NCBI RefSeq assembly: GCF_001194135.2
Contig: NC_068986.1
Coordinates: 51,588,753 to 51,652,752 of the forward strand
Source: Octopus bimaculoides
Taxonomy: Eukaryota
Reading direction: 5' to 3'
DNA: 64,000 nucleotides
This document shows positions 39,576 through 51,366 of the stretch, piece by piece. A program made the position numbers and the translations under genes. The first letter of the stretch is position 1, and every line of letters begins with the position of its first letter. The notes below the pieces were generated by a model. The model saw only the letters and a program-made list of their open reading frames with translations. It was not told the origin of the DNA and did not search any database.

Positions 39576-40092
39576 AAATACTATTATTCTGGATTCTAAC
39601 ATTCTAAGTTCAAATCCAACTTTCTTTCTGGGGTCAATAAAATAAAATAGCAGTCAAGTCTTGGAACTGATCTGATTGATTGCCCCATTCCACCAAATCT
39701 GATGCCTGGTGTCTATGCAAGAAACCAATACCAACATTTTCAAAAAGAACCTGATCTATGGGTAGGAAAGAAAATAAACAAATGAAATGGCACAAAAGAA
39801 AGTATGAAGAGATTTAAATAATTATCATGTCTAAAGGACTTCAAACAGTGATTAAAAAACAATAAATAAATAAAGCTTCAAACCTAAGAAATCATTTTAA
39901 TAATTAGAAATACCAAAATATTTGTAGAAACTTGAGATAGAAAATTGATTCTAATGATAGTGTTCCCACCCACCCAAGCACCCATCCTTCCATCAATCAG
40001 TATATAGGCAGTGGTAATGTCATGTCTTGCATTAATGAAAACTCCAGTAGCCTGGTGGTTTGACATTCAAAGATATGGAATAAATAACGTAC

Positions 40093-40209
40093 CTTACTTG
40101 AAAACAAGCAAGGGTTTTGGCATTTCAAAGGGTACAAGCTGTCGAATACCGCTTCTAGAAATCTCATCCAACACATGCCAGTGGTGTTAATCTCACATAT
40201 CGAAAAGGT
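40093..40209 (-). CDS. Candidate host exon (117 nt, phase 0-0, or first coding exon from ATG 40176); product unidentified
   Basis: Acceptor TTTTGTGTTTATGGCATTCATAG, donor AAG|GTACGT, open frame TFSICEINTTGMCWMRFLEAVFDSLYPLKCQNPCLFSSK. The sequence is non-repetitive and locally CpG-enriched. No homolog recognised. Confidence 0.35.
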
Positions 40210-40552
40210 CTATGAATGCCATAAACACAAAATTATAAAATAACGAGCCCACAAAGAAGCCACAAAATAGTTGCCAAACCCACTGAAAATAGCAACTTAA
40301 TAGCTTTGAATTACACTCTACTGTCTTAAAAAGAGAAGCTCATGTTAGATGATATAATCTTGGTATGAAATGCTCAAAGAAAGGATGGGATGGCTGGCTG
40401 ATTGTGGTTAACTGCAAAAGATGGACTTCAGTGATATATCTCTCCCCAACCTGACGGGTAATGAGCTGTATCATTAGAAAACCTAATTTTAAGATAATAT
40501 GAAGCAAACAGAATAATTCTAATTCCAAAGAAAAAATACAGAAACTGGAAAA

Positions 40553-41336
40553 GCACTCAGAGAGCGCAGACTTCTGCCAAGCAGCTCATTTTCACCCATA
40601 TACACGCATACTGAAAATCGCCCAATTTCCCAAATCAACGCCGGCAAAAAAATAACCTCCTTGGTGGGGGTAAAAAAAAATAACACAGCCATATGATTAA
40701 AAAACCCCTCTAAAAACAGGAATCATCTGAAGCAGTTAAAATACATCAATGACAACAGCAAGCTTGTTTCACCATACAACTAAAGAGAAACAACAATTAC
40801 TTAAAACTTGAGTGATACACACACAACATCATGGTTGGAAAAGTAACAGTCGGTTACGGTGACTTGTGGACGCCAATCCTGGTTCATGCAAACATGATCT
40901 AGCAGGCTTCCATAGTCGGTGGTGGGTTTTGGGATTAGTTGGTCGAACCCAAATTGGTTCATAGTTGTCAAGATCTCATGGTTAGGGGAATCAAGGAGAT
41001 CCACGTTGAAATCACCAAGAACGATGGTCACATGATTCCTTGGCAAAGATCTTATAAGATGATGCAGGCTGGTAAGGAAAGAGCAAGTGGTACAGAAGGA
41101 GATCTGTAAATGGTGATGATAACAAAAGAAAACTCCTTCAATAAACCATAAAAATTCCTGGATCACTACCAAAATTTCATCATCTGTTCCTTGTGTCCTT
41201 ACCAATTTTTCCTGCAAGTTTCATCAAATACCGTTAACAACTTTTTGAGTTATTTTGCACACAGAGGGACAGACGGAGGGATAGACAGACAAACCAATGC
41301 CGATGAAAACATAACCTCCTTCCTTGGTGGAGGTAA
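40553..41336 (-). mobile_element. Internally deleted Helentron (endonuclease-encoding Helitron) derivative
   Basis: Plus strand: stem-loop GCACTC-aga-GAGCGC with subTIR-like ACTTCTGCCAAG at 40553-40581, and hairpin ACCTCC...GGAGGT followed by AA at 41314-41336. It encloses an APE-domain C-terminus on the minus strand. Confidence 0.75.
40801..41095 (-). pseudogene. AP endonuclease (EEP) domain C-terminus, Helentron type
   Basis: TIVLGDFNVDLL...GFDQLIPKPTTDYGSLLDHV...VTDCYFSNHDVVCVSLKF*. The GDFN, PTT/LDH and SDH-like motifs end at the stop codon, as in Helentrons; LINEs have the EN domain at the N-terminus. Confidence 0.85.
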
Positions 41337-42290
41337 AAACACAGCATAGAGAACTTTATAAAAATATGAGAGAACCCAAAGCAATAATAAAAATCACATC
41401 CTAACTATTCTCTCTCAATCTTAATGTTAGAAAATGTTAATCATTCAGAAAAATATCAAAAGTTCAAAGCACCAGTGTTAAACTCTGGCTCTTGTAGCGT
41501 GAAGTAGAAGAGGAAGTTCTTTGGTTAGGAAGCTAGTCTGCAACAGAAACATTTTACCCAAGAGGGTTAGGTAATCTGTTTTCCAGTGAAGTAAACTGAC
41601 ACATATAAAATTGAATGTCTTGCCAGCAACAAACAAAATATCTGCCACACTACATATACTTGTGACCAATGAACAGTTGTCTCTTGCAATATCCATGCTA
41701 CTATTTCCCCCACAGGATAATATTCTGCTTTTGCAAGCCAGTCAGGGAGCTTTGATATAGTTGTTTGATCTATTCAAAATATCAGACAAATTTCCCTCAA
41801 ATCATACACAACCAGCTTAAAAATAAAAGTACCTTTTAGACAAAAAGACCAGATGACCATGGATGGAAGGTTTTTCAGATTGCTTAATCAAGATTCATTT
41901 TTAATTCTAGAAACTTATATCTTGAAACAGAAAATTAATGGCACCACAATAAAATGCACCTAGCACATTCTGTAAAGTGGTTGGTGAATGAACGAAAACA
42001 ACATAGAGTGGACTTTTGCAAAGGAACAAGATAACCTTGCTTCATGTTAGGAGAAAAGGAAATACATACAGAGCACTCTATGAAATAATTGGCAGTAGGA
42101 AGGATAACATGAGCTAAAAATGGATAATATGAGTAGGATGGGATTTGTGACTCTTCTACAAGTACAATAAATTTGAATAACTGGCAGAGTCCAAGATGAC
42201 CTGCCAGCCCATGCTAGCATAGAAAAGCATATGTCAAATAATGATAATAATGCATACACACAGAAATATGCTTGCGCATTAGTTTACAGG

Positions 42291-42379
42291 TTTGTAAATC
42301 TATTTAGATCATTTTGATCTCCTCGGAACTAATCTGATTAGTTCCAGAGGGATAAAAATGATCAAAACTGGTTTACAAA
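42291..42379. repeat. Imperfect palindrome (~44-bp arms, 1-nt centre)
   Basis: TTTGTAAATCTATTTAGATCATTTTGATCTCCTCGGAACTAATC-T-GATTAGTTCCAGAGGGATAAAAATGATCAAAACTGGTTTACAAA. Confidence 0.85.
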
Positions 42380-43193
42380 TCCATAAAGTAGTGTATAAAT
42401 AAACATGTTTAACTCAAATTTTGTAAATGCTCTTGTTCCTTTAAACCAAATGAACACAGCCTGAAATGCACACTCACACATATACATATGTATACATACA
42501 CACAGAGACTTATTAATTATATCATTATGCATTACCTACTGTATAAATAAACACAGATTAAGTAGTAGTACAAAAATAAAATACCCAATTAAGACAATTT
42601 GTTTCTAATATCAATTTTAACAGAAGCATGGTTGATGGTGGAGACAAGAGGGCAAAAATGCCGAGTGGTATTTACTTACATCTCTTTATACTCTCAGTTC
42701 AAATCAAGTAGTGATCGATGTTGTCATTTATCTTCCCAGCTTTTATTGATTCAGTAGTACTTGAGTATTAGTGGGTAGTATAATCAACTATACCCACCCC
42801 CAACAATAAATAAATAAATAAATAGATAAACGTGGCCTTGTACCACCATCAAACTTCAGTATCAATTTTGATAGATTGAAAGTAAGATATAAACAAGTAA
42901 AGCGAAAAATCTGGGAAGGAGGGATTGCTCGAAGAAGCACTAGTCTGCACATTTTTTGGTTAACTAGTGATTAACTCATGCATATGGAATTATGATCAAG
43001 AACATTAAAACACACAAACACACACACATACACACACAACAAGCATAACAGAATAATATAGGATAAACTGAGTTAATAGCATTATTACTGGAGGTTTACA
43101 TCAAACAGCAATGCATATGGACAGATGCATTCATTATGGATAGATGCATTCAAATATACACAAACAAGCATAAATAAATAAAACACAGACATA

Positions 43194-43537
43194 AACAAGA
43201 GCACTCACAGAGTGCAAACCTCTGCCAAAGAAATACCAATGCCCTCTCAACGATTAACCAGAGATGATTTTTAAAATGAGAATATCTGAAATAAACTCGA
43301 CTGCTCTCTCAAACTAGAATACTAAAAATGAACCCAACTGCTCTCAAAAATTAAGTAAAAAGAAATGGAAAAATAGTCCAGAATCCCAAAATCTAATCAA
43401 TTTGTGCCAGTCATGAGGCCAAACATACATGAAAGTTTCATCAGAATCCATTCAGCAGCTCTTGAGATATCTTGTCCATGGACAAACAACAAACGCAACT
43501 GCAAACAATACCTCCGCCTTCGCTAAGGTGGAGGTAA
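43194..43537 (-). mobile_element. Non-autonomous Helentron (HINE / DINE-1-like), complete
   Basis: Stem-loop GCACTC-aca-GAGTGC with ACCTCTGCC at one end; hairpin ACCTCCGCCTT-cgct-AAGGTGGAGGT followed by AA at the other. The AAGTTTCATC core is shared with 41200-41260. Confidence 0.8.
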
Positions 43538-43579
43538 TAAACGCATACACATTTGGATGTCTGTATATGTATGTGTGTA

Positions 43580-43619
<40 letters not shown>

Positions 43620-43624
43620 CATAT

Positions 43625-43965
43625 GTCTGACTGGCACCTGTACTGGTGGCGCATAAAAAGCACTGTTCAAGCATTGGGCCTCATGGAGGCAATGACAGAT
43701 AACCAAGACATTTGGTGATATACTGTGCTTGTGTAGACCTGTCAAACCAAGTGAGACTGTAGTCATAGGTGATGCCAGTGCTAGTGGCATGTAAAAAGAC
43801 TCCCACTGCACTCTCAAAGTGGCTGGTGATAGGAAGGGCATCCAACTGTAGAAACCTTGCCAAATCAGATCAGATCGGAACCTGGTGTAACCCCCAGCTT
43901 ACCAGTTTTCAGTCAAACCATCCAACCCCTGCCAGCATGGAAAGTGGATGTTAGATGATGATGAT
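43625..43965 (+). mobile_element. RTE LINE 3' end (ORF2 end plus UTR, (ATG)n tail)
   Basis: Contains GGGCCTCATGGAGGCAATGAC...CAAACCAAGTGAG, then GGAAGGGCATCCAACTGTAGAAACC...CCAGCATGGAAAGTGGATGTTAGATGATGATG. Confidence 0.75.
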
Positions 43966-44429
43966 ATGAGTATGCATGTGTGTGTGTGTGTGTGTGAAAG
44001 TATATCATTTTCTACCTTGTTTTAGTCATTGGATAGCAACCATGCTGGTCCCTCATACTGGAAGTATTTACCTGGACTAACTAAACCCAGTACTTACTTT
44101 TAAGTCTTGTAATTACTCTTTCAGTTACTTTTGTTGTATTGCTAGATTACAGGAATATAAACAAGCCATTACCGGGTGTGGAGTGAGTGGGAGGCAAACA
44201 TCAAATAAATACATATTTACTTACACACAGATACATGTGTATAAATGAATGTATTGAAGCAGTGTGTCAGTGTGTGTATACATATGCACATTTTATACTG
44301 TGAATTAAATTGCATGACATACAATTACCATTTACAACACCATGTGCAGCATCGCTTTATATTGCATGAGAAAGATATAAAGAGACCCAGAGATTCATAC
44401 TTGAAAAGAAAAAGGAAAATGAAAAAGGG

Positions 44430-44468
44430 TTCTTGACATTTCGAACATAGAGTCCTTCACCAGAAAAA
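44430..44468 (-). ncRNA. Minimal type-I hammerhead ribozyme-like motif (core variant CUGGUGA)
   Basis: UUUUU CUGGUGA A GGAC-ucuau-GUUC GAAA U GUC^ AAGAA: stem II 4 bp, stem I 5 bp, GUC cleavage triplet. GAAAUGU is plausibly CpG-decayed GAAACGU. Confidence 0.6.
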
Positions 44469-44790
44469 CAAAAAGGGAAAAAAAATGAGAAGGGTGGTGG
44501 AAAAGAGGGAAGAGAATAAAAGAAGAGAGGTCAGGGGCCATGTGGGAATGCAGTTCTATAGGGAGTTGCTAAGAAGAGAGGAAGAGGCAGGGAGTTATGT
44601 GCATATAAAGGAGAGCATCTGTGTAAGGAGATGGTTATAGAGAGAGGGGTATGAGTAGTGTAGGGTACAGGTGGTTGGCTGGGAGGGCTTGAGTGGGATG
44701 CGAATATGGTAATGGTGTGAGGGAAGCATGGAAGTAGAAGAAAATGAGGGAAACACTAGAGAAAATGGTGTAGTAGGTGAAACAAAACAA
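44430..44790 (-). mobile_element. Probable Penelope-like 3' fragment: pyrimidine-rich tract ending in a hammerhead-like motif
   Basis: The minus strand is C/T-rich from ~44790 to ~44470 and is followed directly by the HHR-like motif. Confidence 0.5.
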
Positions 44791-44857
44791 TTAAGGTGAG
44801 TGTATGTGAGAGAGAGAGAGAAAGAGAGAGTGTATGTGTGTGTGATGTACATATATA

Positions 44858-44890
<33 letters not shown>

Positions 44891-47379
44891 GACCTCAATT
44901 AACAGATTTAATATTTAGTCTATATTGCAGTTTTACGACCATACATCTTGACACAAACAGTTACATAAGGCTATGGCTCTCGTAGCATGGTAGATAAAAA
45001 AAGAATATGCAGGTGACTTCCTAATCCACAGTTAGTCATACTAAAGAGCAGCTTGTATGCTAAATCAAAAGCGTTAATTAATATTCCAGGCAAATATAAT
45101 TACACTTTCAAAATATTAAATAAGTATGAAGCAAATGTTTGGCAACATCTATTGATTTTTTTCTATATATGTGATCACAGAAAATCACAATAAATGATAG
45201 TTTTTTTTTTTTTATAGACAAAGGCAAACTAGGATATTTTACATATTATATATTATTCACACCTCCATATGTGCATTTGTAGTTTGATACTATGCATTTA
45301 CATATGCAAAATATTTTCAGTGTTATTCTACACCTGTGAGAATTTCCAATATTTACTGAATTTATGAAATTAGATGAGCTGATATCTTCAATAATTTAGT
45401 CTAACTAAGAACAGGTTATAAGTACAACATCCGCATTAAATGTAATTAGATTAATTAGGTTTTAGTTCTCTGGCAACATGATTTACTCAGTAATATATTC
45501 ACTACACAGGTATTATTCTATTCATTAGCCAGTTCCAGTCACTTATATCAGTACCAGCAGTTTGTCTGATACTTAATTTTATTTCAACAGCCTCAAAAGA
45601 AGGAAAGACAAAGTTGACTTCAGAGTAGCATTTGAACTACAGGGCATAAAGAGCCATATTCAAGAGGATAGCTAGGCTAATGAGAGATGTTCAATAGCTC
45701 CTGAATATCAGAGATGCAAATGAAAGGAAATAACTATAACCTGTAATTGAAAATAAATCATATTTTCGTCGTATCATATTTTGTAAATGTTTTTTTTCCA
45801 CTTTCCTCCCATTTGTTACATATTTTACATAAACAATGGAGTAATGCAGTTTTAATTGTGCTAACTTTCAGGACGAGATCTTCACAAACCAATGAGGAGG
45901 ATCATGCGACTATTTAAGACTGGATAAAAGAGAGGGAATTGTGACAAGTGGAATGCTTTTGATCATAGTTCTGCTTTATCATGGCTGATCCAGGGTTAAA
46001 CAATAGCAATATCACCTTCATATAAGGATTCATGGGAAGACATAGTCAAGTTATCTTGCTTCCTATTTCTAATTGCATGAAAGCAGTGGTGGGCAATGAT
46101 GCTTGCTAATCAAATATTCTCTGATGAAACTTTGAGAAACACTGCCATCTGTGTGGGTTTTCTCCTAGTTCTCTTGTCTTTTCTGTCAATAAAGGACTAC
46201 ACTGTGCAACATGTCCTTCTTTAACATCTAAAAAATAAACTTATTAAGCAGTGAACTATGGGAAAGAAAAAAAAATAGTGAAAAATATATTTTAAACCTT
46301 TATAAGGAAAAGTGCAAGATATATAAAGTTTGCAAGGCGAAAGTGTTTTGAATTGCTCTCCTTACAATATAGAGGTTTCTTAAGTATACATGCTTATATC
46401 TGATTCTATATGCATATATGTGATTCTATATGCATATATGAGTGTGTATTGGTGGTGGGGACTGTATGTATGCATTCATAGCATACAAAGGCACAAAGAC
46501 TACTTCAGAAATTCTATGTCAACAACTGTCATTTGTTTGTGTGTACCTTTCTGCATGTATGTATGCATGCGCATGCCTTGTGAAAAATGCATGCATGGAA
46601 TTCTAAATATGGCGCAATGATTCCAGAAATTTGATGTCAGCAGCAGGCTATCTTATTACCATCTTTGATCTGGCAAGAAGTGTTCAGCCAAAGTGTTAAC
46701 GTTCATCTGTACATTTCTTAAGTTAAATATAAAACAAGTACTTTGAAGAGAAGGCAAGTGTCAGATGAAGCAAATGATCTCTTACAAATTAATGGAACAG
46801 GTTTGTGCTATACTGCACAGAACTGAAGCAAAGCTGGCAAACTGTCATAATTAAATGCAAAAACACCTACGGTATCATATGCTGATAATAGTCACTTCTG
46901 CTGGCAACCATAATTGGATACCACAAAAAAACATGATGCATATGATAACTTATATACACATAAGTGTAATAATGGCTTATTACATTTAAATATCTTGCAA
47001 ATTTCCATTTATTCAATATCTATTATGTTTTTTTAAACAATTGTTTAATGAAATATTTATTCTGAAATATTCAGAATTGTCTTAAAGTAAGCAGATACTT
47101 GCCATAGTGTCTATAGTCTGATTCCTAAAGATTGAACTAATCTATATTTATCGGATTAACGTGAGCTAACACATGCAAGATCATTAGAGACTTAAAATGT
47201 AGAAAAAAAAAGAAAAAAATCAAGAGTAAGATAGAAAATGAAAACAAAACATAGAAAAAAAAAGAAAACAAGAGCACTATGTTTACCTATATAAAATCAG
47301 TTAGATGGCTGAAGAAAATCATGTTTACTTGATCTGCTAGAAATAACAGTCAAATTGCCTTCAAGTTACACCCTACCTA

Positions 47380-47805
47380 GGCACAGGTGTGGCTGTGTGG
47401 TAAGAAGCTCGCTTCTCAACCACATGGTTCTGGGTTCAGCTCCACTATGTGGCACTTTGGCCAAGTGTCTTCTACTATAGCCTCAGGCCAACCAAAGCTT
47501 TGTGAGTGGAATTGGTAGACGGAAACTGAAAGAAGCCAGTTGTAAATATACATATATGTCTATATCTATGTGTGTGTGTATGTGTGTGTCTTTGTGTCCC
47601 CACCACCATCACTGCTTGAAAACCAGTGTTGGTGATTTTACGCCCCTGTAACTTAGCGGCTCAGCAAAAGAAACCAATAAAATAACTATTAGGCTTTAAA
47701 AAAACAAGTCCTGGTTGTCGATTTGTTTGCCTGAAACCCTTTAAGGCAGTGCTCCAGCAGGGCCACAATCGAATGACTGAGACAAGTAAAAGAATAAAAG
47801 AATAC
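47380..47805 (+). mobile_element. SINE family A, full length
   Basis: GGCACAGGTGTGGCTGTGTGGTAAGAAGC...GGTTCAGCTCC...GACGGAAACTGAAAGAAGCC...GACTGAGACAAGTAAAAGAATAAAAG. Confidence 0.88.
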
Positions 47806-47998
47806 CCTTTCAAAAAAGAAGAAAACATTGAATAAAGTAATCCTACACTTACTAAATGGTCATGGCTATGATGCTTTTGATCAAGAGTGACCTAGGGCTA
47901 AATAACATCTACAGAAACCAGCAATCATGTGTCTTTGTTGTCTTTTTTTCAGCTTACTCTGAAATGGGGGAGGGGGATACTATTAGAAAAATGTTTAA

Positions 47999-48435
47999 CC
48001 TTTCAGCATTCAACCCTTTAGCATTTAAACCAATCATATCTGGTCCAAATATGCTACCTGTTTTTTATGTTCTAACCGGCCAGATCCAGTTTATCACACT
48101 TACCCTTCAATGCCATTCTAAAAATATACTACATCATCAAAATTTCACAGCTATGAAATAATGCATGATTAATTAAAAACAATGTGGATGAAAGAAAAAG
48201 CGTTATATTTGATGGAGTAATCTCAATGCTAAAGGGTTAAACCAGTTATATCAGGCCCAAATAGTCTACTTGTTTTATGTTCAAACAGGCTAGATCCAGC
48301 CTCTCACCCTACAATATCATTCTAAAAATTAACAATTACATCATCAAAATCTCAAAACTACAAAATAATGCATGATCAGTTCAACAGTGTGATTAATTAA
48401 GCATTACATTTGAGTAATATGAACACTAAAGACTG
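47999..48435. mobile_element. Nested pair of same-family piggyBac-type MITEs (inner copy 48014-48236)
   Basis: The outer copy begins TTAA|CCTTTCAGCAT. The inner copy runs (TCAA)CCCTTTAGCATT...AATGCTAAAGGG(TTAA), and the outer copy resumes ACCAG... Confidence 0.8.
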
Positions 48436-48569
48436 ATAACTCGAAACGAGGTGTTAAACCCATGGCAGAAAAAAACTAGAATTTTCTAATAGCATGTTTG
48501 TTGCAATATCACATCATTTTATATCAAGACAATGATATTCCTAAATTAGAATGATCAGTCCAGTTAATA

Positions 48570-49005
48570 TAATCCTTTCTACTATAAGTACAAGGCCTGA
48601 AATTTGTGGGGAGGGGTTAAGTCAATTACAATGACCCAGTACTCAATTGGTACTTAATTTATCGACCCCAAAAGGACAAAAGACAAAGTCAACCTCAGCA
48701 GAACTTGAACTCAGAACGTAGCAATAGGAGAAATACTGCTACGCATTTTGCCCGGAGTGCTAACGATTCTTATTTCTTTATTGCCCACAAGGGGCTAAAC
48801 ATAGAGGGGACAAACAAGGACAGACAAAGGGATTTAGTCGATTACATCGACCCCAGTACGTAGCTGGTACTTAATTTATCAACCCTGATAGGATGAAAGG
48901 CAAAGTTGACCTTAGCGGAATTTGAACTCAGAAAATAACGGCAGACGAAATACTGCTAAGCATTTCATCCAGTGTGCTAACGATTCTGCCAGCTCACCGC
49001 CTTCA
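48570..49005 (-). mobile_element. Two tandem Meta-like SINEs with different 3' tails
   Basis: Two successive copies of ...AAAG(A/G)CAAAGT...GAACTCAGAA...AATACTGCTA. The tails differ (...TTGTACTTATAGTAG vs ...CCCTTGTGGGCAATAAAG on the minus strand). Confidence 0.8.
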
Positions 49006-51331
49006 GTCCAATCAATATAATATAAACTATTTTTGATAACCACTTTGTCTTCTTCACATTCAAGAATAACTAAGACGACAAATAATATATGCATGCTCAT
49101 CAGTCTATTAGAAATATATATCCAGAATCTTTCAATCTTGATAAAAATTAAAATCAGTGGATTAAAAGCAGCATCATTAATTCAGCTTATGGCACTAATA
49201 TTCTTATTTATACAATTGGTATGTAAAAAAGAATAACTTTTATGATTTAAGTCACAATTTAATGTGTGAAATGAGAAAAAAGTTCAGAGTTTGCCTTTAA
49301 TGAAAATGAATCAAGCTTGAAATATACAGCAGTATATTCTCATAAATAGTAAAAGGTAAATAATAATAATAGTCAATGTTTAATATGCTTGCCATCAACA
49401 ACTACAGGAGACTTCTCCAGATGCATATCATCATCGGTTTAATGACCACATTTCCATGCTTGTATGGGTTAGATGGAATTTTGCTGAGGCAGATTTTCTA
49501 TACCCAAATGGCCCTCCTGTCACCAGCCCTCACCTGTTTCCAAGTAAGATAATAATCCTCAATGACCAGGCATGTTTACAGAAGATGAAAAAGAAGGGCT
49601 TCTTGCATGATAGTGGCATTCATTTACAACTACCACACAATGTCATTGCAAGGAGACAGTAACACACATGGATATGTGTATGTAAGTATACATATATATA
49701 ACAGGCTTCTTTCAGTTTCCATCAACCAAATCTTTGGTCACTCCAGAAGCTATATCAGAAGACATTTGCCCAAGGTGCCACATAGCATGATTAAACTTGG
49801 AACCATGTGGTTGGGAAGCAAGCTTCTTGCCACACATCTATACCTATGTCTCTCTCTCTCTCTCTCTCTGCATGTATGTATGTATATATATATACAGACA
49901 TACAAATAATGAAAGAAATGAGGCTCCATATATGTTGTAGAATATAATTGTGTACAGCTAGTTCTTCCCTTTGTTGCTTTTCATATTTTTCAGCTGTATT
50001 TGATGTATGTATGTATGTAAATAATATATGTGAATATTAAAAGATTTTAGTCAATATTATCTTTTGACCATTCAATTCTAGCTTAGAACTGTCTACAGTC
50101 GCAGAAGTTTGCCGTCCATATTACATCTAAGACTAAATTTCTAATTTGCTTTAAATGATTCTATGAAATGCCTCCATATACTGTTTATACTAAATTGGTA
50201 GAGATTTATCAGAAGAAGCAATATAAATAAGAACATAAATTTCTCTAAGGATTTCTGAGAAATAGTTTAGAGAGTAAACCAACGGAAACCAATCACAAAC
50301 TCTTCTTTTACTCACTGTTTCTCAATCAAATTTAAGGTGTCGGTCACTTTAGTTACTGATGTGTAATGTTCATCATTTGAAAGTCAGTTTAACTTGCATA
50401 TTGGAAAACAGAACAAAAACAAAAATCTGTTTTATCTCGGTGATCGCAGAGTTCAGTTCTGGCCAACAGCTAGTTAAGCCAATTCCCCTCTACCATTCTA
50501 ACTGTACATGAGCAGAAGCAGATTATTAGTTGATATAGAAAAGACAAGTAGATTGAACCACTTTACAAAGAGGGCAATATCTACTGTCACTTGTGAAACA
50601 AGATGAGAGAGGTCCATATGTCACTTATGGCTGATTAGCTGATGAAAAAAAAAATTTTTCTAACACCTGATTGAGGAATGATATTTAGAATATACTCAAA
50701 AGCAGATCTAAAATCTAAATAAAATATATAAATAAACATAACATGAAGTTACAGGGGTTATGTGAAAGCCAAGATTAGGAAAGAAAAAAGATTACCTTAG
50801 AGAAAGAGAAAATATACTGAACAAAATCTAAAAGTGAATGAGGTATATTTGGCGATGAGTAAGATATCTTCAAAAGAAATGATTCAACATGAGAATATAA
50901 TTTTTGCACAAAATAATCTTTGTAATGATCTTAGAATGTATAAAGACAGCATATATTCCTTCATATCTATGTAATGTTAGATAGGATTCTTGTTTGTTCC
51001 AACATGACTTGTATGAAGAAAATAAAAAACCTACAAACGTAAGCTATATATGTAAACATACATACATGCATTATATACATACAAATAGTCAACATTATAC
51101 ATTGATTATAAGTTTCTTTTTCCAGCATACTAAGTTTATGACCTGGTTTCTATTTCTGATTAGAACTACTTCACTTTTCATCCTCAGTAAAATGGCCTTA
51201 GAAAAGGCCTGCTTGAAAGTCATTGACATCATAAGAGTTAATCACATCAAACAATGGTAGTTAATTACATACAAAGAGCTAAACAACTTTCTTGTATGCC
51301 TAAATACTTAACTATATACAAGCATGAATTT

Positions 51332-51366
<35 letters not shown>

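Noticed and set aside
40093-40176. Assigning a gene name to the candidate exon
   Set aside because: A loose resemblance to Cys-containing alternative N-termini of scaffold proteins is not homology evidence, so it is left unnamed.
46115-46240. CTGATGAAACTTTGAGAAAC and a nearby GGAC...GTCC as hammerheads
   Set aside because: No coherent stem II or stem III can be drawn.
47380-47460. tRNA gene (A and B boxes present here and in other SINE heads)
   Set aside because: No cloverleaf or acceptor stem, and it continues into a multicopy SINE body.
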